A stretch of 61,835 nucleotides of DNA from a virus (IMGVR_UViG_3300032291_002198:1-61835); one strand, 5' to 3'. Shown: positions 19,423 through 30,078, counted from the first letter of the stretch. The notes: generated by a model not told the origin, from the sequence alone. Program-made: numbers and translations.

Positions 19423-20840
19423 TGCGCAACGCAGATTACATACCCGTTGGCCAGATTCCAATGGTCGACCTTGGCGCCAAGTATGAGGCGGCCAAGGCTC
19501 GACGTGAAGAAGCTGAATTACGGAAGCTAGAGTACCTAAGCCAGTTCAAGAAAGTCCGCGGACAGATTGCACCAGGGGTTTTGCCAGAGCTTGAGAAGTA
19601 CTGGAATGAAATCCAGCAGAGCCTTGATTCTGGCGATATGTCTTTTGAGGCAAAGAAGAAGCGTCAGCAATTGCTCAGCGCCTATCAGGATATCGGCGCA
19701 AACTACCTTGACTGGACCAAAGAGCTTGACGAGCGAGAGGCTAGCATCTTAGCTGAGCCAGAGAAGTTCAACAACCCAGCTGAGCTTATCAAGCAAATCG
19801 ATGCCGATAGAAACAGATATATTCCTGCTGACATCATTCAGTCTGAAATATCTAGCCTTCCCCAGTTGGGCACCTTTTACCGCTACAAAATGCGGGAGAT
19901 GTCTCCAGTGAAGGCCGCAGAAGGCCTTCTTTCCTCGCTGAAGCAGGGCGGTGGTCTTAGCAATGTCTACGACCCGAATACTGGCAAGATAAACCGCGAG
20001 GCTCTTGCCCGTACGGTGAACGCATACTTTGACATCAATCAGCTCACCCAAGAAGAAGAAGACCAGGCAATTGCATCTGTCGCTCAAGACCTTGGAGTGG
20101 GCATTGAGCAGTTTGGAAACTTGCAAAACCTATCTTCTGACAAGAGGAAAGAGTATCTGGGTATGTTTGGAGAGAACCTCCTTAACGCCCTAAACACTTT
20201 GGTTGCAAACGACATCACTACAGAGAAGGAAGAGGACGCTCGCCAGATTGCGATATATCGAGCAAAAGCAAAGATTGAGCAGTCAATGAAGCAATCGGGG
20301 ACTCAAATGCCCACCTTTAACCTATTCACTGGAAGCGTTCCATTGGTTCAGGTTGACAAGCGAGACAAGAAGGGCAATCCTATATCAACTTCGTCTGGTG
20401 ATGCAAATTTTGTATTTCACTATACGGTCCCAGGAGATAAGCCTTCTTTCATTGACCCCAGAACTAATACGAAGTTCACCATTACAAACGCTGGTGTTAC
20501 TAGTGATGGAAGGCCAATGCTTGTGGGAACTCGGAGCCTAAAATTGGCGAACAAGGATACAGAAGTCGTGAGTGAGTTGATTCCAGTAACTCAAGAAATT
20601 CTGTCATCATTGAGCAACGTAAAGCAATCGCAGGCAATTGCTGCTGCTATACAACAGCTAAACGCTACATACAATGAACTTGCCTCAACCCCAGCGGGTC
20701 AGGCATCGTTGATGCAAATGCTTGGACAAATGCCAGCAACTCCAGGAGCCCTCGGCTCTATCGGTGTTCCGGCTACCAATGCACTTACCGACCCCATTTT
20801 AGCTCAGACATACAAAAACCTTTACGGTATCGACTACTAA
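19422..20840 (+). CDS. Putative internal virion/ejection protein
   Basis: 472 aa, helical, coupled between ejection-type genes. Confidence 0.6.
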   Translation: MRNADYIPVGQIPMVDLGAKYEAAKARREEAELRKLEYLSQFKKVRGQIAPGVLPELEKYWNEIQQSLDSGDMSFEAKKKRQQLLSAYQDIGANYLDWTKELDEREASILAEPEKFNNPAELIKQIDADRNRYIPADIIQSEISSLPQLGTFYRYKMREMSPVKAAEGLLSSLKQGGGLSNVYDPNTGKINREALARTVNAYFDINQLTQEEEDQAIASVAQDLGVGIEQFGNLQNLSSDKRKEYLGMFGENLLNALNTLVANDITTEKEEDARQIAIYRAKAKIEQSMKQSGTQMPTFNLFTGSVPLVQVDKRDKKGNPISTSSGDANFVFHYTVPGDKPSFIDPRTNTKFTITNAGVTSDGRPMLVGTRSLKLANKDTEVVSELIPVTQEILSSLSNVKQSQAIAAAIQQLNATYNELASTPAGQASLMQMLGQMPATPGALGSIGVPATNALTDPILAQTYKNLYGIDY

Positions 20841-20844
20841 GTAT

Positions 20845-23800
20845 ATGGAAGACGAATTGATTCTCTCCCCGGCAGACCAGGCCAAACTTTCCAACGTCTT
20901 GAACAAGATGCGGGAAAAGGGCGCCCCAGAGTCTGCAATTGATTTCGTTACTAAAGACTTCACTCAGAAGTATGCTCAGCCGGCAGTAGCGGAAGAGGTT
21001 AAAAAAAAAAGCACTGGCGAATTTCCATCACAGTTGGAAACTTCTCCTGCGGCTTTTTCGTGGAGAGACCTCTATGAGACTCCCAAAAGTGACGTTCCAA
21101 AGATATTTGGTAGCCTAAGCGAGCTTAGGAAGTCTCCATCTACGGCTTACGGAGCTACGTCTTTCAAGGCAGACGAGAAGTTCACGTATCCGTTCTTCCA
21201 TGGGGAGAAGAAGGAAAAAGAAGATGCTAGCGGATTTTTCCCGTCGTTCAAGGAAGAGAAGCCACTTGCCGGACTAGAAGCTGCTGTTGAGGGCAAAGCA
21301 GAATTTGCTGCACCCGATAAGCTTATCGTAGATGAATCTCCTAATGAGCTTCAGCGTCTTTACAACCGCTCGGTTGCGCGCGGACTGCGCGGACAGATTG
21401 CAACAGGGGTTTCTCGCCCCGGAAATCGCATTGAAGACCTTGCGTACCTAAACTACATTGAGCAACGTGACGCTCCTCGTAAAGGAGACTGGCTTGCTGC
21501 TGCTCCCGGAACATTCGTTGGGGCTCCTGCATTCCTTCTTGATGCTATTCGTAGCTCAGCAGAGAGCCTTATCTCTCAGTTCGCTGCATCTCCAGTCGGT
21601 ATCGCTGGAGCTGTTGCTGGCGCAGGTGCCGGTGCTGGAACTGGTGCTGCGCTTGGCGCAGTTGGTGGTCCGCTTGCTGGTGTGACCGCAGCTGGAGGCG
21701 CAACTCTTGGTGCCATGGGTGGATTCTCTGCAGCCACATCTGCGGCTATTGAGTACGGCAGCAAGATAAATGAAGTATTGGCCGAGAACGGAGTAGACGT
21801 TACAAACGAAGAACAGCTAACCAAAGCATTCGCCGACGAAGAACTGATGGCCAAGGCCAAAGAAATGGGTCTTCGCCGAGCTATCCCAGTTGCCGCATTT
21901 GATGCCATTGCCGGAATGGTAGGTGGCAAGCTGATAGCTCCCGCTTTGGCAGGAGCTACCGCTAAGCAGGTAGCGAAAGTAGCAGCCAAAGAGGCAGGCA
22001 TTCAAGCCGGCCTCGGTGCAGCTGGAGAGCTGTCTGGACAGGTTGTCGCAGGAGAAGAAATCAAGCCGCGAGAAATCGCTCTTGAGGCCTTTTCGGAGGT
22101 TCTTACGCCTGGTCTATCCACTGCATACAACATCATCAAGGAGAAGGCTCCTACGGAGGCCGAGCGCCAGTATGCGCAGTTTGCATCGGAGCAAGACCAA
22201 AAGCGTCTTGCTGAAATCCGCAACCTCACGTTTGCCGTAAACAACGCTGAGATTGCAAACCTTGATGACCAAATAAGTGACCTTCGCCGTAGTCGAATCG
22301 AAGAGAGCCGCCCTGAGCGGAAGGCGATTGATGAAAAAATCAAGAGCCTGGTAGAGCAGAAGTACACCCGTATGCGCTCAATTCAGGAAGACCTTCTTGG
22401 TGTTCTGTCCGATGAGGAAATAGCGCAGGCTAATACCTTGGTCGGAGATGTCATCAACGCAAGCGATGCGCTAAAGAAAAACCCCGACCTGTCGGAGGCT
22501 GAGCGAACTGCTATTGAAGAGCAGTTCAACTCAGCCGCACAGCAACTTCAAGACATCTATGACTTTGCTGCTCAATCTCGTCAACAACAAGTATTTCAAG
22601 GAGTCCCGGCAGATGTAGATATCACTTTTGGAACTGCGTTTGATTTGCAGAACGAAACTGCTGAAAGGACTGTTTCAGATAAGCAAGCTTGGGGAGGGTC
22701 TGGGCTTATTCGTGAGCGTGTTGAAAATGCTGGAGATATACTGAGAGAATTATCGTCTAGGGGTGAAAATCCAGACATTGAATACATTCAAGAGAAAATA
22801 GACAAGCTTAGGTCTTGGATTCCATACAATGCCAAAGTTCAAGCCAACGCAATACCTAGTGATATCAAAACTATTGAAGACTTCAATAAGACGAATCTTA
22901 GGCTTACTAATGTGATTGATGGATTTGAATATCTGATGAAGTTCAACCCAGAGGTCGTCAATAAGATAAAGTCAGAGTATGAAGCTATTCCAACGTATAC
23001 GAAAGAGCAGAAGCTTGCTAAAGACTCAGTGCTTGCTCTTTTGAATCAGGACATAAATGGTCTTGAAAAAAATCTTGATAGTCTACAGGCTATCGTAGAT
23101 ACTGCCAGGAAAGAAGGAAAGCTGGAAATAGTAAAATCAGTTGAATTCCCAAAACAACAAATACCTCAACCAAGTGATACGGAAACTGTCGCCCAAGAAG
23201 TACAGAGTAGAATCCCAGAAGGGCAAGAACCTGGGGGAGTATTCCAGCCTGCAGCAGGCCAAAAAGAGACTACAGCAGGTAGAGCTCTTCAAAAAGCTAG
23301 AGAAGAAATCCTAAGGACTAATATCCTCCGGCGGTCGTTTCCTGGAACAGCAAGAATGTCCGAGGAACAACGTAACGAATTGGCTAAATCTAAGATTGAG
23401 CAAGGACTTACGCCAGAGGATGAGACATGGCTTTCAAACATTGAGGACACAGCCATAGAGCAGTTCAAAAATCGCGAGTTCGCAAACCTATTTGACCCAT
23501 ACGAACGCCTTGCGTACGTCAAGGAGATGGAGTCTCAAACTCCATCGTTCCGTCGTGAGATGGAGAAGCTGTTGCTTGCGTTTGACGCATTCAAGAGCGT
23601 TGCTCCAAATGCTCAGTACTTCAATGTTGGATTTGGAAAGAAGGGATATACAAAAGCAGCTAGAGATGCTGGGTTCTCTGCACAGTCAGTCAAGGATACT
23701 CTTGGAATCACTGCTGCCGCTTTAGGCGACAGGGTAGTTGTTCAGTTCAGCCCACAGAAAGAAGACGTTATGGGAGTTGGATACAAGGGAGTCCAAACGC

Positions 23801-26800
23801 CATTTAAGACCGCCTCACACGAGATATTTCACAATGTTTGGAGTCAGCATTTTGACAAAAACCTTAATGACTTCAATCAATTTCGCAAATTAGTCATACG
23901 CAGACTGAAAGAAAGTGATGTCAAGAGATTGAATGACTTTGCTAATCTGTACGAGGAACGTGAAGACTCGCGTTCTGGCGGAGCGTATAGGTCAGAAGAA
24001 TTCATGACAGACCTTGGTGCATTGCTTGCTGATGACCAGGTTACGTTTGAGAACAATTTTCTAGAGGAGCTCAAAGCCTTCTTGAACAACATCGTAGCAA
24101 AGCTCACTGGTCAGCGGGTTCAAATTTTCGAGGACTCTGCACTTGCTAGGGATATTGCCTCATACATGACTGGTGTTTCTCAGACCATTAAAACAGGTGG
24201 AGATGTGTCGGCTGTTCCGGTATCCGCCCGCCTCAAGTCCGACAGATTCCGTCGTGCGAATAAGTCAAGGTTTGAGGCCGACGGTGCAGTCACTGATATT
24301 CGTTACGAAAACATGGCTGGGCGACCTGAGCCAACGACATACGAACGTCAACTGCGTTCAGATGAAAAGTTCATTCGGAAAGTTGGGGCGCTTGGCGATG
24401 ATATATTGTTGCGCATAGAAAAATTCCTTAAGAGCGACCGGCTTCGCGGAATTCCAAAAGCAATTGTTCAGGCTATGGAAGTGTCTGAGTCGATGAACAT
24501 TCAGCACATGAACCGCTTGTTCTTGGCCATGAGTCGGATTCGGAAAGAAATCAGAGGAACCGTCCTGCAAAAAGGGCTTACTCCAGAACAGACAGAAAGG
24601 GTAAATAAGCTTACCTATGACGTGATGTTTTCTGAAGATGAAGCTGTCCGCGCCGAAGCAGCGGCACAGCTTCAAGAGGAATATCCTAAGATAGCGTCAG
24701 ACGTATCAATACTTGTTTCTATTCGTGCTGCGCTTCAGGACACCTTGATGAATAGTACTGCTTTTGACAATCTCAGCGATGTGCTTCGTGAGACAATCAA
24801 GGACAGAAACCAATACTACGGAACGCGCACTTATCGTCTATTCACCGACCCGAAATTCAAGGTAGATGAGTCTTTGCGTGAACAGGCCATTAACGATATC
24901 ATTCTTCTGGAAACAGAACGAATGGCCGAGGATATGGCTTTGGAAGAGGAGGATAGCGATACAACGCAGATATTCTATCGTGGCCCTCGTGGTGAAAAAT
25001 ATCCTTTTGATGAGGTCCGTCCTGGTCAAGTTCCAGACAAAGATGACTACATGGCCTTTGTTCAGCAGGAATTTGGCAAGAAGATTTCAGACGATGCGCG
25101 CAAAAAAGTCAATGGAATTCTTGAGCTAAAGGGACAAAGCAAGTCAATGGGTGACTCGAAGCTTGGTGAGCTACGCGTTCCCACAAAGCAGTTCAAACAG
25201 CGCAGCGACCTGCCTGATAGCCTGCGTAAGCTCATGGGCGAAGAGACAAATCCGTTTGTCAAATTCAGCCAGACCGTAACGAATCTTACCTCAATCATCG
25301 AGCGATATACGCTCGTTGATAGGGTTAACCAAGCCGCTAGAAATTCAGGCCTAAACGCATTGATTGTTCCTCAGTCAGTAGTAAAGGCACTGAAAGATGC
25401 AAAGCTTAGTTGGGGGAAAATGAATTCTCTTGCCGCTCAAATGCGCCTTATTGACCCAGATGATACTACGGCAAACAACAAGCGTACCGTTGCCCAGCTC
25501 CGGAATATGATTATGGATAAACTTCGAGCTGACTATACCGAGATTACAGAGCAAAAGTCGCCGATGTATGGAAAGTGGGCAGCCAATGACTTCTTAACGC
25601 TATTCCAGCAGACGCCGCTTTACGACTCAAGCAACGTAGCTCTTAAGTTCTACTATAAGCAGCTTCTGCAGCTTCGTCGTATTCGTGTGCTATACAATCT
25701 CCCTACTTGGCGCAAGAATATCATGGGCGGGTGGTACTTTCTATTTGCCAATGGCGTGCTTCCATACAACAGCGCCCGCGGTGGGGTCACTGTGTTTAAG
25801 GATTTTGCTAACCGCATGAGAAAATGGAAATCCGGCCAGTATGATGCAGACACTGAGGCGGTGTTTGATGAGCTTGCAGAGTTGGGACTCCTTGGCGCAT
25901 CTATAAATGCCGGTTTGCTTAGTTCAATCAACAAGTCTTACATGGATATGTATAGCAATGATGCTAATCCTAATGTTGCATGGAGATGGTTGAATCGCTT
26001 GAACACAAAGGGTTCTCGTATTGGATATCAGTACGGCGCCATTGACGACTACACCAAGATGATTGCATACCTCTACAAGCGAGAGAACTTTGCCAAGCGT
26101 CTTGCGTCAAACCCAGAAGGGAAGTCGTATGCTGAGCTGAGTCCAGAACAGCAAGCTGAGGTACGTCAAATGACTGCAGAGCGAATCAAGCAGACCTTCC
26201 CAACGATGTCTCGCCTGCACCCGTCGTTCCGTCAGATATCTAAGCTTCCGTTTGGAGACTTCCTTTCGTTCCGTCTTGAAGCATTCCGTTCATACTATGG
26301 AATCTTTGAGAATGCCATAGCCGATATCAACGAGGGAATCAACAATACAAACCTGTCCGCATCACAGCGTCAGGCATACATGGTAGATGGTCTTAAGTCG
26401 TTGTCGGCCTTGATTATCCAGTCTACGATGTCAAACATTGGATACATCGCCATTGCTCAGTCGTTCTTTGATGATGAAGAAGAGAAGGAGCTTGCTGTCA
26501 AGATGCGCGGCGTTCCGTTCTTGATGCCTGACTGGATGAAAGGCTCTAACGTCGTACCAATATCTATGGCTGAAGATGGAACGATTCGTTACATCAACAT
26601 ATCATCCGAAGACCCATACGATGAAGTTTCTTCTTTGATTTTCGGAAGAGATGGCATAGCCAGAAGCGAAAGCCTCCAGTCATTGATTGGAAACTTCGCC
26701 GAACCAAACATCTCGGTAAAACTTTGGTACAACATTCTTGAAGGCAAGGACAACTACGGAAAGCCAATCATTGACAACAAGGATGCAACTTGGTATGCCA

Positions 26801-27255
26801 AGGCTCTTGGAACTGGTGCATACATTGGCCGTCAATACTTTGTGCCTCCCAACATTGACTTCATTCGCCGAGAGATTCTAAAGCGTATGGAGGCCAGGGC
26901 AGAAGACCCAGAGATTGACCTCCGTCCACTAGAGACCACCGCACAGCTTTCTCAGAACCTGGTATTCCGCGACTACCCAGTCAACATCGGACAGCAGTTC
27001 TACTACAACCTTAAGGACCAGAAGTTTGAGGATTCGGATTTGGCTCCTTGGGTTGAGCTTGGTGAGGCAGAGCGCGCTAACAGGCGCGCTCGCTTAGACC
27101 AGGTGAAGGAGGCATACCAGACAATCGTTCAGTACGGTGAGCATTTTGAGAACTACGAGCTTATTGACAAGGCTCAAAAGAACCTAAATACCTCATTTAG
27201 AAACGATGACGATGCACTCTACTACGTGCTTTACGACATCCCCCTTCCTGAATAA
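20845..27255 (+). CDS. Very large internal virion (ejection/polyvalent) protein with glycine-zipper region and HExxH metallopeptidase-like motif
   Basis: 2136 aa; GAVAGAGAGAGTGAALGAVGG hydrophobic stretch; ASHEIFH...EEF motif. Confidence 0.75.
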   Translation: MEDELILSPADQAKLSNVLNKMREKGAPESAIDFVTKDFTQKYAQPAVAEEVKKKSTGEFPSQLETSPAAFSWRDLYETPKSDVPKIFGSLSELRKSPSTAYGATSFKADEKFTYPFFHGEKKEKEDASGFFPSFKEEKPLAGLEAAVEGKAEFAAPDKLIVDESPNELQRLYNRSVARGLRGQIATGVSRPGNRIEDLAYLNYIEQRDAPRKGDWLAAAPGTFVGAPAFLLDAIRSSAESLISQFAASPVGIAGAVAGAGAGAGTGAALGAVGGPLAGVTAAGGATLGAMGGFSAATSAAIEYGSKINEVLAENGVDVTNEEQLTKAFADEELMAKAKEMGLRRAIPVAAFDAIAGMVGGKLIAPALAGATAKQVAKVAAKEAGIQAGLGAAGELSGQVVAGEEIKPREIALEAFSEVLTPGLSTAYNIIKEKAPTEAERQYAQFASEQDQKRLAEIRNLTFAVNNAEIANLDDQISDLRRSRIEESRPERKAIDEKIKSLVEQKYTRMRSIQEDLLGVLSDEEIAQANTLVGDVINASDALKKNPDLSEAERTAIEEQFNSAAQQLQDIYDFAAQSRQQQVFQGVPADVDITFGTAFDLQNETAERTVSDKQAWGGSGLIRERVENAGDILRELSSRGENPDIEYIQEKIDKLRSWIPYNAKVQANAIPSDIKTIEDFNKTNLRLTNVIDGFEYLMKFNPEVVNKIKSEYEAIPTYTKEQKLAKDSVLALLNQDINGLEKNLDSLQAIVDTARKEGKLEIVKSVEFPKQQIPQPSDTETVAQEVQSRIPEGQEPGGVFQPAAGQKETTAGRALQKAREEILRTNILRRSFPGTARMSEEQRNELAKSKIEQGLTPEDETWLSNIEDTAIEQFKNREFANLFDPYERLAYVKEMESQTPSFRREMEKLLLAFDAFKSVAPNAQYFNVGFGKKGYTKAARDAGFSAQSVKDTLGITAAALGDRVVVQFSPQKEDVMGVGYKGVQTPFKTASHEIFHNVWSQHFDKNLNDFNQFRKLVIRRLKESDVKRLNDFANLYEEREDSRSGGAYRSEEFMTDLGALLADDQVTFENNFLEELKAFLNNIVAKLTGQRVQIFEDSALARDIASYMTGVSQTIKTGGDVSAVPVSARLKSDRFRRANKSRFEADGAVTDIRYENMAGRPEPTTYERQLRSDEKFIRKVGALGDDILLRIEKFLKSDRLRGIPKAIVQAMEVSESMNIQHMNRLFLAMSRIRKEIRGTVLQKGLTPEQTERVNKLTYDVMFSEDEAVRAEAAAQLQEEYPKIASDVSILVSIRAALQDTLMNSTAFDNLSDVLRETIKDRNQYYGTRTYRLFTDPKFKVDESLREQAINDIILLETERMAEDMALEEEDSDTTQIFYRGPRGEKYPFDEVRPGQVPDKDDYMAFVQQEFGKKISDDARKKVNGILELKGQSKSMGDSKLGELRVPTKQFKQRSDLPDSLRKLMGEETNPFVKFSQTVTNLTSIIERYTLVDRVNQAARNSGLNALIVPQSVVKALKDAKLSWGKMNSLAAQMRLIDPDDTTANNKRTVAQLRNMIMDKLRADYTEITEQKSPMYGKWAANDFLTLFQQTPLYDSSNVALKFYYKQLLQLRRIRVLYNLPTWRKNIMGGWYFLFANGVLPYNSARGGVTVFKDFANRMRKWKSGQYDADTEAVFDELAELGLLGASINAGLLSSINKSYMDMYSNDANPNVAWRWLNRLNTKGSRIGYQYGAIDDYTKMIAYLYKRENFAKRLASNPEGKSYAELSPEQQAEVRQMTAERIKQTFPTMSRLHPSFRQISKLPFGDFLSFRLEAFRSYYGIFENAIADINEGINNTNLSASQRQAYMVDGLKSLSALIIQSTMSNIGYIAIAQSFFDDEEEKELAVKMRGVPFLMPDWMKGSNVVPISMAEDGTIRYINISSEDPYDEVSSLIFGRDGIARSESLQSLIGNFAEPNISVKLWYNILEGKDNYGKPIIDNKDATWYAKALGTGAYIGRQYFVPPNIDFIRREILKRMEARAEDPEIDLRPLETTAQLSQNLVFRDYPVNIGQQFYYNLKDQKFEDSDLAPWVELGEAERANRRARLDQVKEAYQTIVQYGEHFENYELIDKAQKNLNTSFRNDDDALYYVLYDIPLPE

Positions 27256-27299
27256 TTCACTATGAAAACCAGTTCGTTTATACGCGAAATTTGTGCCCC

Positions 27300-27581
27300 A
27301 TGAAAGAGTTCATGTTTGAGATAGGGGTCAACATTGGGTTGGCCGTCAGCGGATTCTTCGGCTCATTGATGCTTGTTGGAAAGCAGCAAAAGCATAGCCT
27401 TAGAGAGCAAATTTTCAGTGTGGTAGGTGGCACCATGAGTGCCAACTACCTTACCCCAGTAATCATTGATATCTTCAATGTCGACGCAGAGAGCCTCCAG
27501 TATGGTGTTGCCTTCGTGATAGGCTTTGGCGGCCTTAAGGTGGTTGAGTTCGTGTTTGAAAAATGGTTTAACAAAGGTTAG
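27300..27581 (+). CDS. Putative holin (multi-TM small membrane protein)
   Basis: Three hydrophobic segments; GFFGSL, ANYLTP and AFVIGFGGL. Confidence 0.6.
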   Translation: MKEFMFEIGVNIGLAVSGFFGSLMLVGKQQKHSLREQIFSVVGGTMSANYLTPVIIDIFNVDAESLQYGVAFVIGFGGLKVVEFVFEKWFNKG

Positions 27582-27583
27582 AA

Positions 27584-27859
27584 ATGGTTCAGTTCATCAA
27601 CTTCTTAGCAAATCTGGTCCTCTGTGCTAGCGGTACAATTTTCTTTCTCTACATATACGGAAGAGGCTCAAGCGCAGTTCACAAGTTCAACTTGCTAACC
27701 CACTGGTCGCTGAAGTTCGGTCTGTCTGCATTCGTTGCTGGGTCATTCTTCAACATCCTAACATACAGCTCGCCACCAGACAGCGAAGTATTGATGAACA
27801 TTGGCTTGGCTGCCATATTTTCGTGGGCCGTTTTGTTCCACAAAAAGTATTTCGTATAG
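27584..27859 (+). CDS. Small membrane protein (lysis cassette)
   Basis: Three predicted TM segments. Confidence 0.6.
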   Translation: MVQFINFLANLVLCASGTIFFLYIYGRGSSAVHKFNLLTHWSLKFGLSAFVAGSFFNILTYSSPPDSEVLMNIGLAAIFSWAVLFHKKYFV

Positions 27860-28302
27860 TGAAATGGTTCTCTCTGGTTTTCGCAATCCCCTTGCTGGTT
27901 GGGTGTTCAGCAGAATGGCACTTAAGAAAGGCCATCGACAAGAATCCGGCCCTATTGTTGGAGCCCACGGTTGTTACGAAATGGGACACGATTACGATGC
28001 CCCCGATAACGATAGTCGACACACTGGAAATACCCGCGGTAGGCGACAGCGTAGTCATAGAAAATGACTCTATTAAGGTAACGGTTAAGACTATTGCCGA
28101 CAAGAAGGGAAAGAAGAAGCTTTCCGTATCTGCCAAAACAAAGACCATTGAGGTCCCCCATTTCATCAAGGTGAAGTGTCCTCCACAGGTTAAGCTGTTG
28201 CCTATCCCGTGGTACTACAAAGTCTACAAGGTGTCGTTTTTCATCTTGCTAGTGATGCTGATTGTGGCTCTTGCTCGGCGCCTCAGCTCATACCTTGTTT
28301 AA
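27859..28302 (+). CDS. Putative unimolecular spanin (lipoprotein with C-terminal TM)
   Basis: GTG start overlapping the upstream TAG; signal peptide with LVGC lipobox; beta-rich middle; C-terminal hydrophobic helix. Confidence 0.6.
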   Translation: MKWFSLVFAIPLLVGCSAEWHLRKAIDKNPALLLEPTVVTKWDTITMPPITIVDTLEIPAVGDSVVIENDSIKVTVKTIADKKGKKKLSVSAKTKTIEVPHFIKVKCPPQVKLLPIPWYYKVYKVSFFILLVMLIVALARRLSSYLV

Positions 28303-28363
28303 CCCAAAAATACAACTACCTTTGAATCAGGAAGTAACGGCTATTGCCAAAAAGAAACTACCA

Positions 28364-28567
28364 ATGGAATGGGAATACTACACCAATCCGAGCAAGAAAA
28401 TTCAAATTGACGGCCTTCTTGAGAGGGCAGCTTCGGTATTCGCTAACTGCGATTCTACCTCAGAAGCACGTGCTGAAGCACGTCGTCAAGAGAAGAAAAT
28501 CTTGAGCGAGATTGCTAAGATTGATGCCCTCTTCGCTGAGCGATGCGGGTGCAACGAGCTATACTAA
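28364..28567 (+). CDS. Hypothetical protein
   Basis: ATG 28364 downstream of TACCTTTG promoter at 28317. Confidence 0.55.
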   Translation: MEWEYYTNPSKKIQIDGLLERAASVFANCDSTSEARAEARRQEKKILSEIAKIDALFAERCGCNELY

Positions 28568-29524
28568 GCCCTTTAGTCGCTCCTTGTTGATTTGGGAGAT
28601 ATCGTAGTGCTTCTTGCAGTACTCGTATAGCTCCCCGCCAAGGTTTTGCGCTTTTTCCAACGTCATATCAGCAACAGCTTTCCTCCACTCCTCAGGCGTG
28701 GAGCAGAGTATTCCTGTCTTGTTGTGGATGATAGCCTGCTTGTATGGCGTTGTATTTGAGGCAATGATTGCCGTCTTGGTGTACCCTGCCTCAACCACCT
28801 TTAGGTCCGACTTGCATCGGTTGAACTTGTTGTTCAAGAGCGGAGCCAGAGCCACATCAAAGTGGCGATAGAGCTGCGCGTATAGGTGGATGTCAAGGGG
28901 GTACATTGTGTACTTGGCCCGAAGGATGTCTGGGTAGTCCATCAGGTTCATGCAGTACAGCTCATGATTCTCAAAAGTGACCCCCATTGAAAGAAGGTCA
29001 TTGCGGTGGCCATTGGCTCCGATGTATCCAAAGCGAACAAGTCCTTTTGGATTCGGGTCTTTCTCTTGTTCAGCCCACTGCTTTTCTTGCTCGTATACCG
29101 TGTTGGGGATTACGCGGTATACAGCGTTCTTATTCACCTTTCGCATCTTGTGCGCAAGGGTTTCAGATGGAGTCCATATCTCGTCAGCAATACGGATGCT
29201 TGCAAGAATCTCCCCAGATACTTGCTTCTTGTAGTGTTCCTTTGCTGGATTGTCGTCTGGAAGTTCCCAGAAGTCGTCGTTGTCAAGGATTAGCTTGACC
29301 TTGTGCTTCTTGAGCCACTTCTTGAACTCGATGTAGTTGGAAACGGTACACCGACGAGAAACGATGACAGAGCCAACCTTGGTCATGTCAAACTCCTTAA
29401 GCTCATTGAAGCTTGAGAAGAAGTGGATGTTGACACCCTCCTCCGCTTTGAGGCGGAGGAATGGAGTCATCAGTCTGTGGTAGTTGATGCCGTTTAGGCC
29501 GTCAAGAAATATCAGCGTTATCAT
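28559..29524 (-). CDS. Glycosyltransferase (GT-B, GT4-like)
   Basis: GINYHRL, LILDNDDFW and LAPLLNNKFNRCKSDLKVVE; start reassigned to ATG 29524. Confidence 0.85.
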   Translation of the reverse strand: MITLIFLDGLNGINYHRLMTPFLRLKAEEGVNIHFFSSFNELKEFDMTKVGSVIVSRRCTVSNYIEFKKWLKKHKVKLILDNDDFWELPDDNPAKEHYKKQVSGEILASIRIADEIWTPSETLAHKMRKVNKNAVYRVIPNTVYEQEKQWAEQEKDPNPKGLVRFGYIGANGHRNDLLSMGVTFENHELYCMNLMDYPDILRAKYTMYPLDIHLYAQLYRHFDVALAPLLNNKFNRCKSDLKVVEAGYTKTAIIASNTTPYKQAIIHNKTGILCSTPEEWRKAVADMTLEKAQNLGGELYEYCKKHYDISQINKERLKGLV

Positions 29525-29729
29525 CGTGGTATTCCAGTAATGCTGAGCGAACCATGTCAAACTCGTTATCTATTTCTCTCTTGAACTTGCGTATGGTATT
29601 ATGAAGCCTATCAGCGTCAGTCCGCGCTGTTCCGCCTTCGTCGTGTAGGCTTTCATACAGGAGTGTGGCTGCGTTTGCCATCCTCGATGTCGCCATAAAG
29701 TAGGTCTTACTCAGTTCCTCTTTGTCCAT
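29502..29729 (-). CDS. Hypothetical protein
   Basis: ORF overlapping both neighbours in the operon. Confidence 0.6.
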   Translation of the reverse strand: MDKEELSKTYFMATSRMANAATLLYESLHDEGGTARTDADRLHNTIRKFKREIDNEFDMVRSALLEYHDDNADIS

Positions 29730-30078
29730 GTGAGATGATGGTTGCTATGAATTGCTCTTTAGGTAAACTCGGGTCGTATCTTGTTTCCTGTGAAAGATAA
29801 TACTTTGGAGTGTCGTCAGGAATATGGCCGTGATTACGTAGATAATCCGCAAGAAACTTGCTACAACAAATAGCGTTATCAACGTCATAGCGGCAATTGT
29901 AACGAACAGCAATAGACATTCGTTCCATGCGAAATTTACCAAATGGAGCAAGTGCCGCAGCGATGGCTTTCCAGTATGTATCCTTGTGTTTTTTTCTGAC
30001 CATGAAGTGCCTTCCCGCATAATATGCGTTAAGGCTTGGCGGCTTCGGTAGTATAATCTCAATGGTCTCATTGTTCAC
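29707..30078 (-). CDS. RusA-like Holliday junction resolvase
   Basis: LPKPPSLN, DVDN..K..D.L and IPDD motifs. Confidence 0.75.
   Translation of the reverse strand: MNNETIEIILPKPPSLNAYYAGRHFMVRKKHKDTYWKAIAAALAPFGKFRMERMSIAVRYNCRYDVDNAICCSKFLADYLRNHGHIPDDTPKYYLSQETRYDPSLPKEQFIATIISHGQRGTE

Noticed and set aside
20845-27255. Virion RNA polymerase as in crAss-like or N4-like phages
   Set aside because: I could not find a DxDxD-type or T7-type polymerase motif by eye
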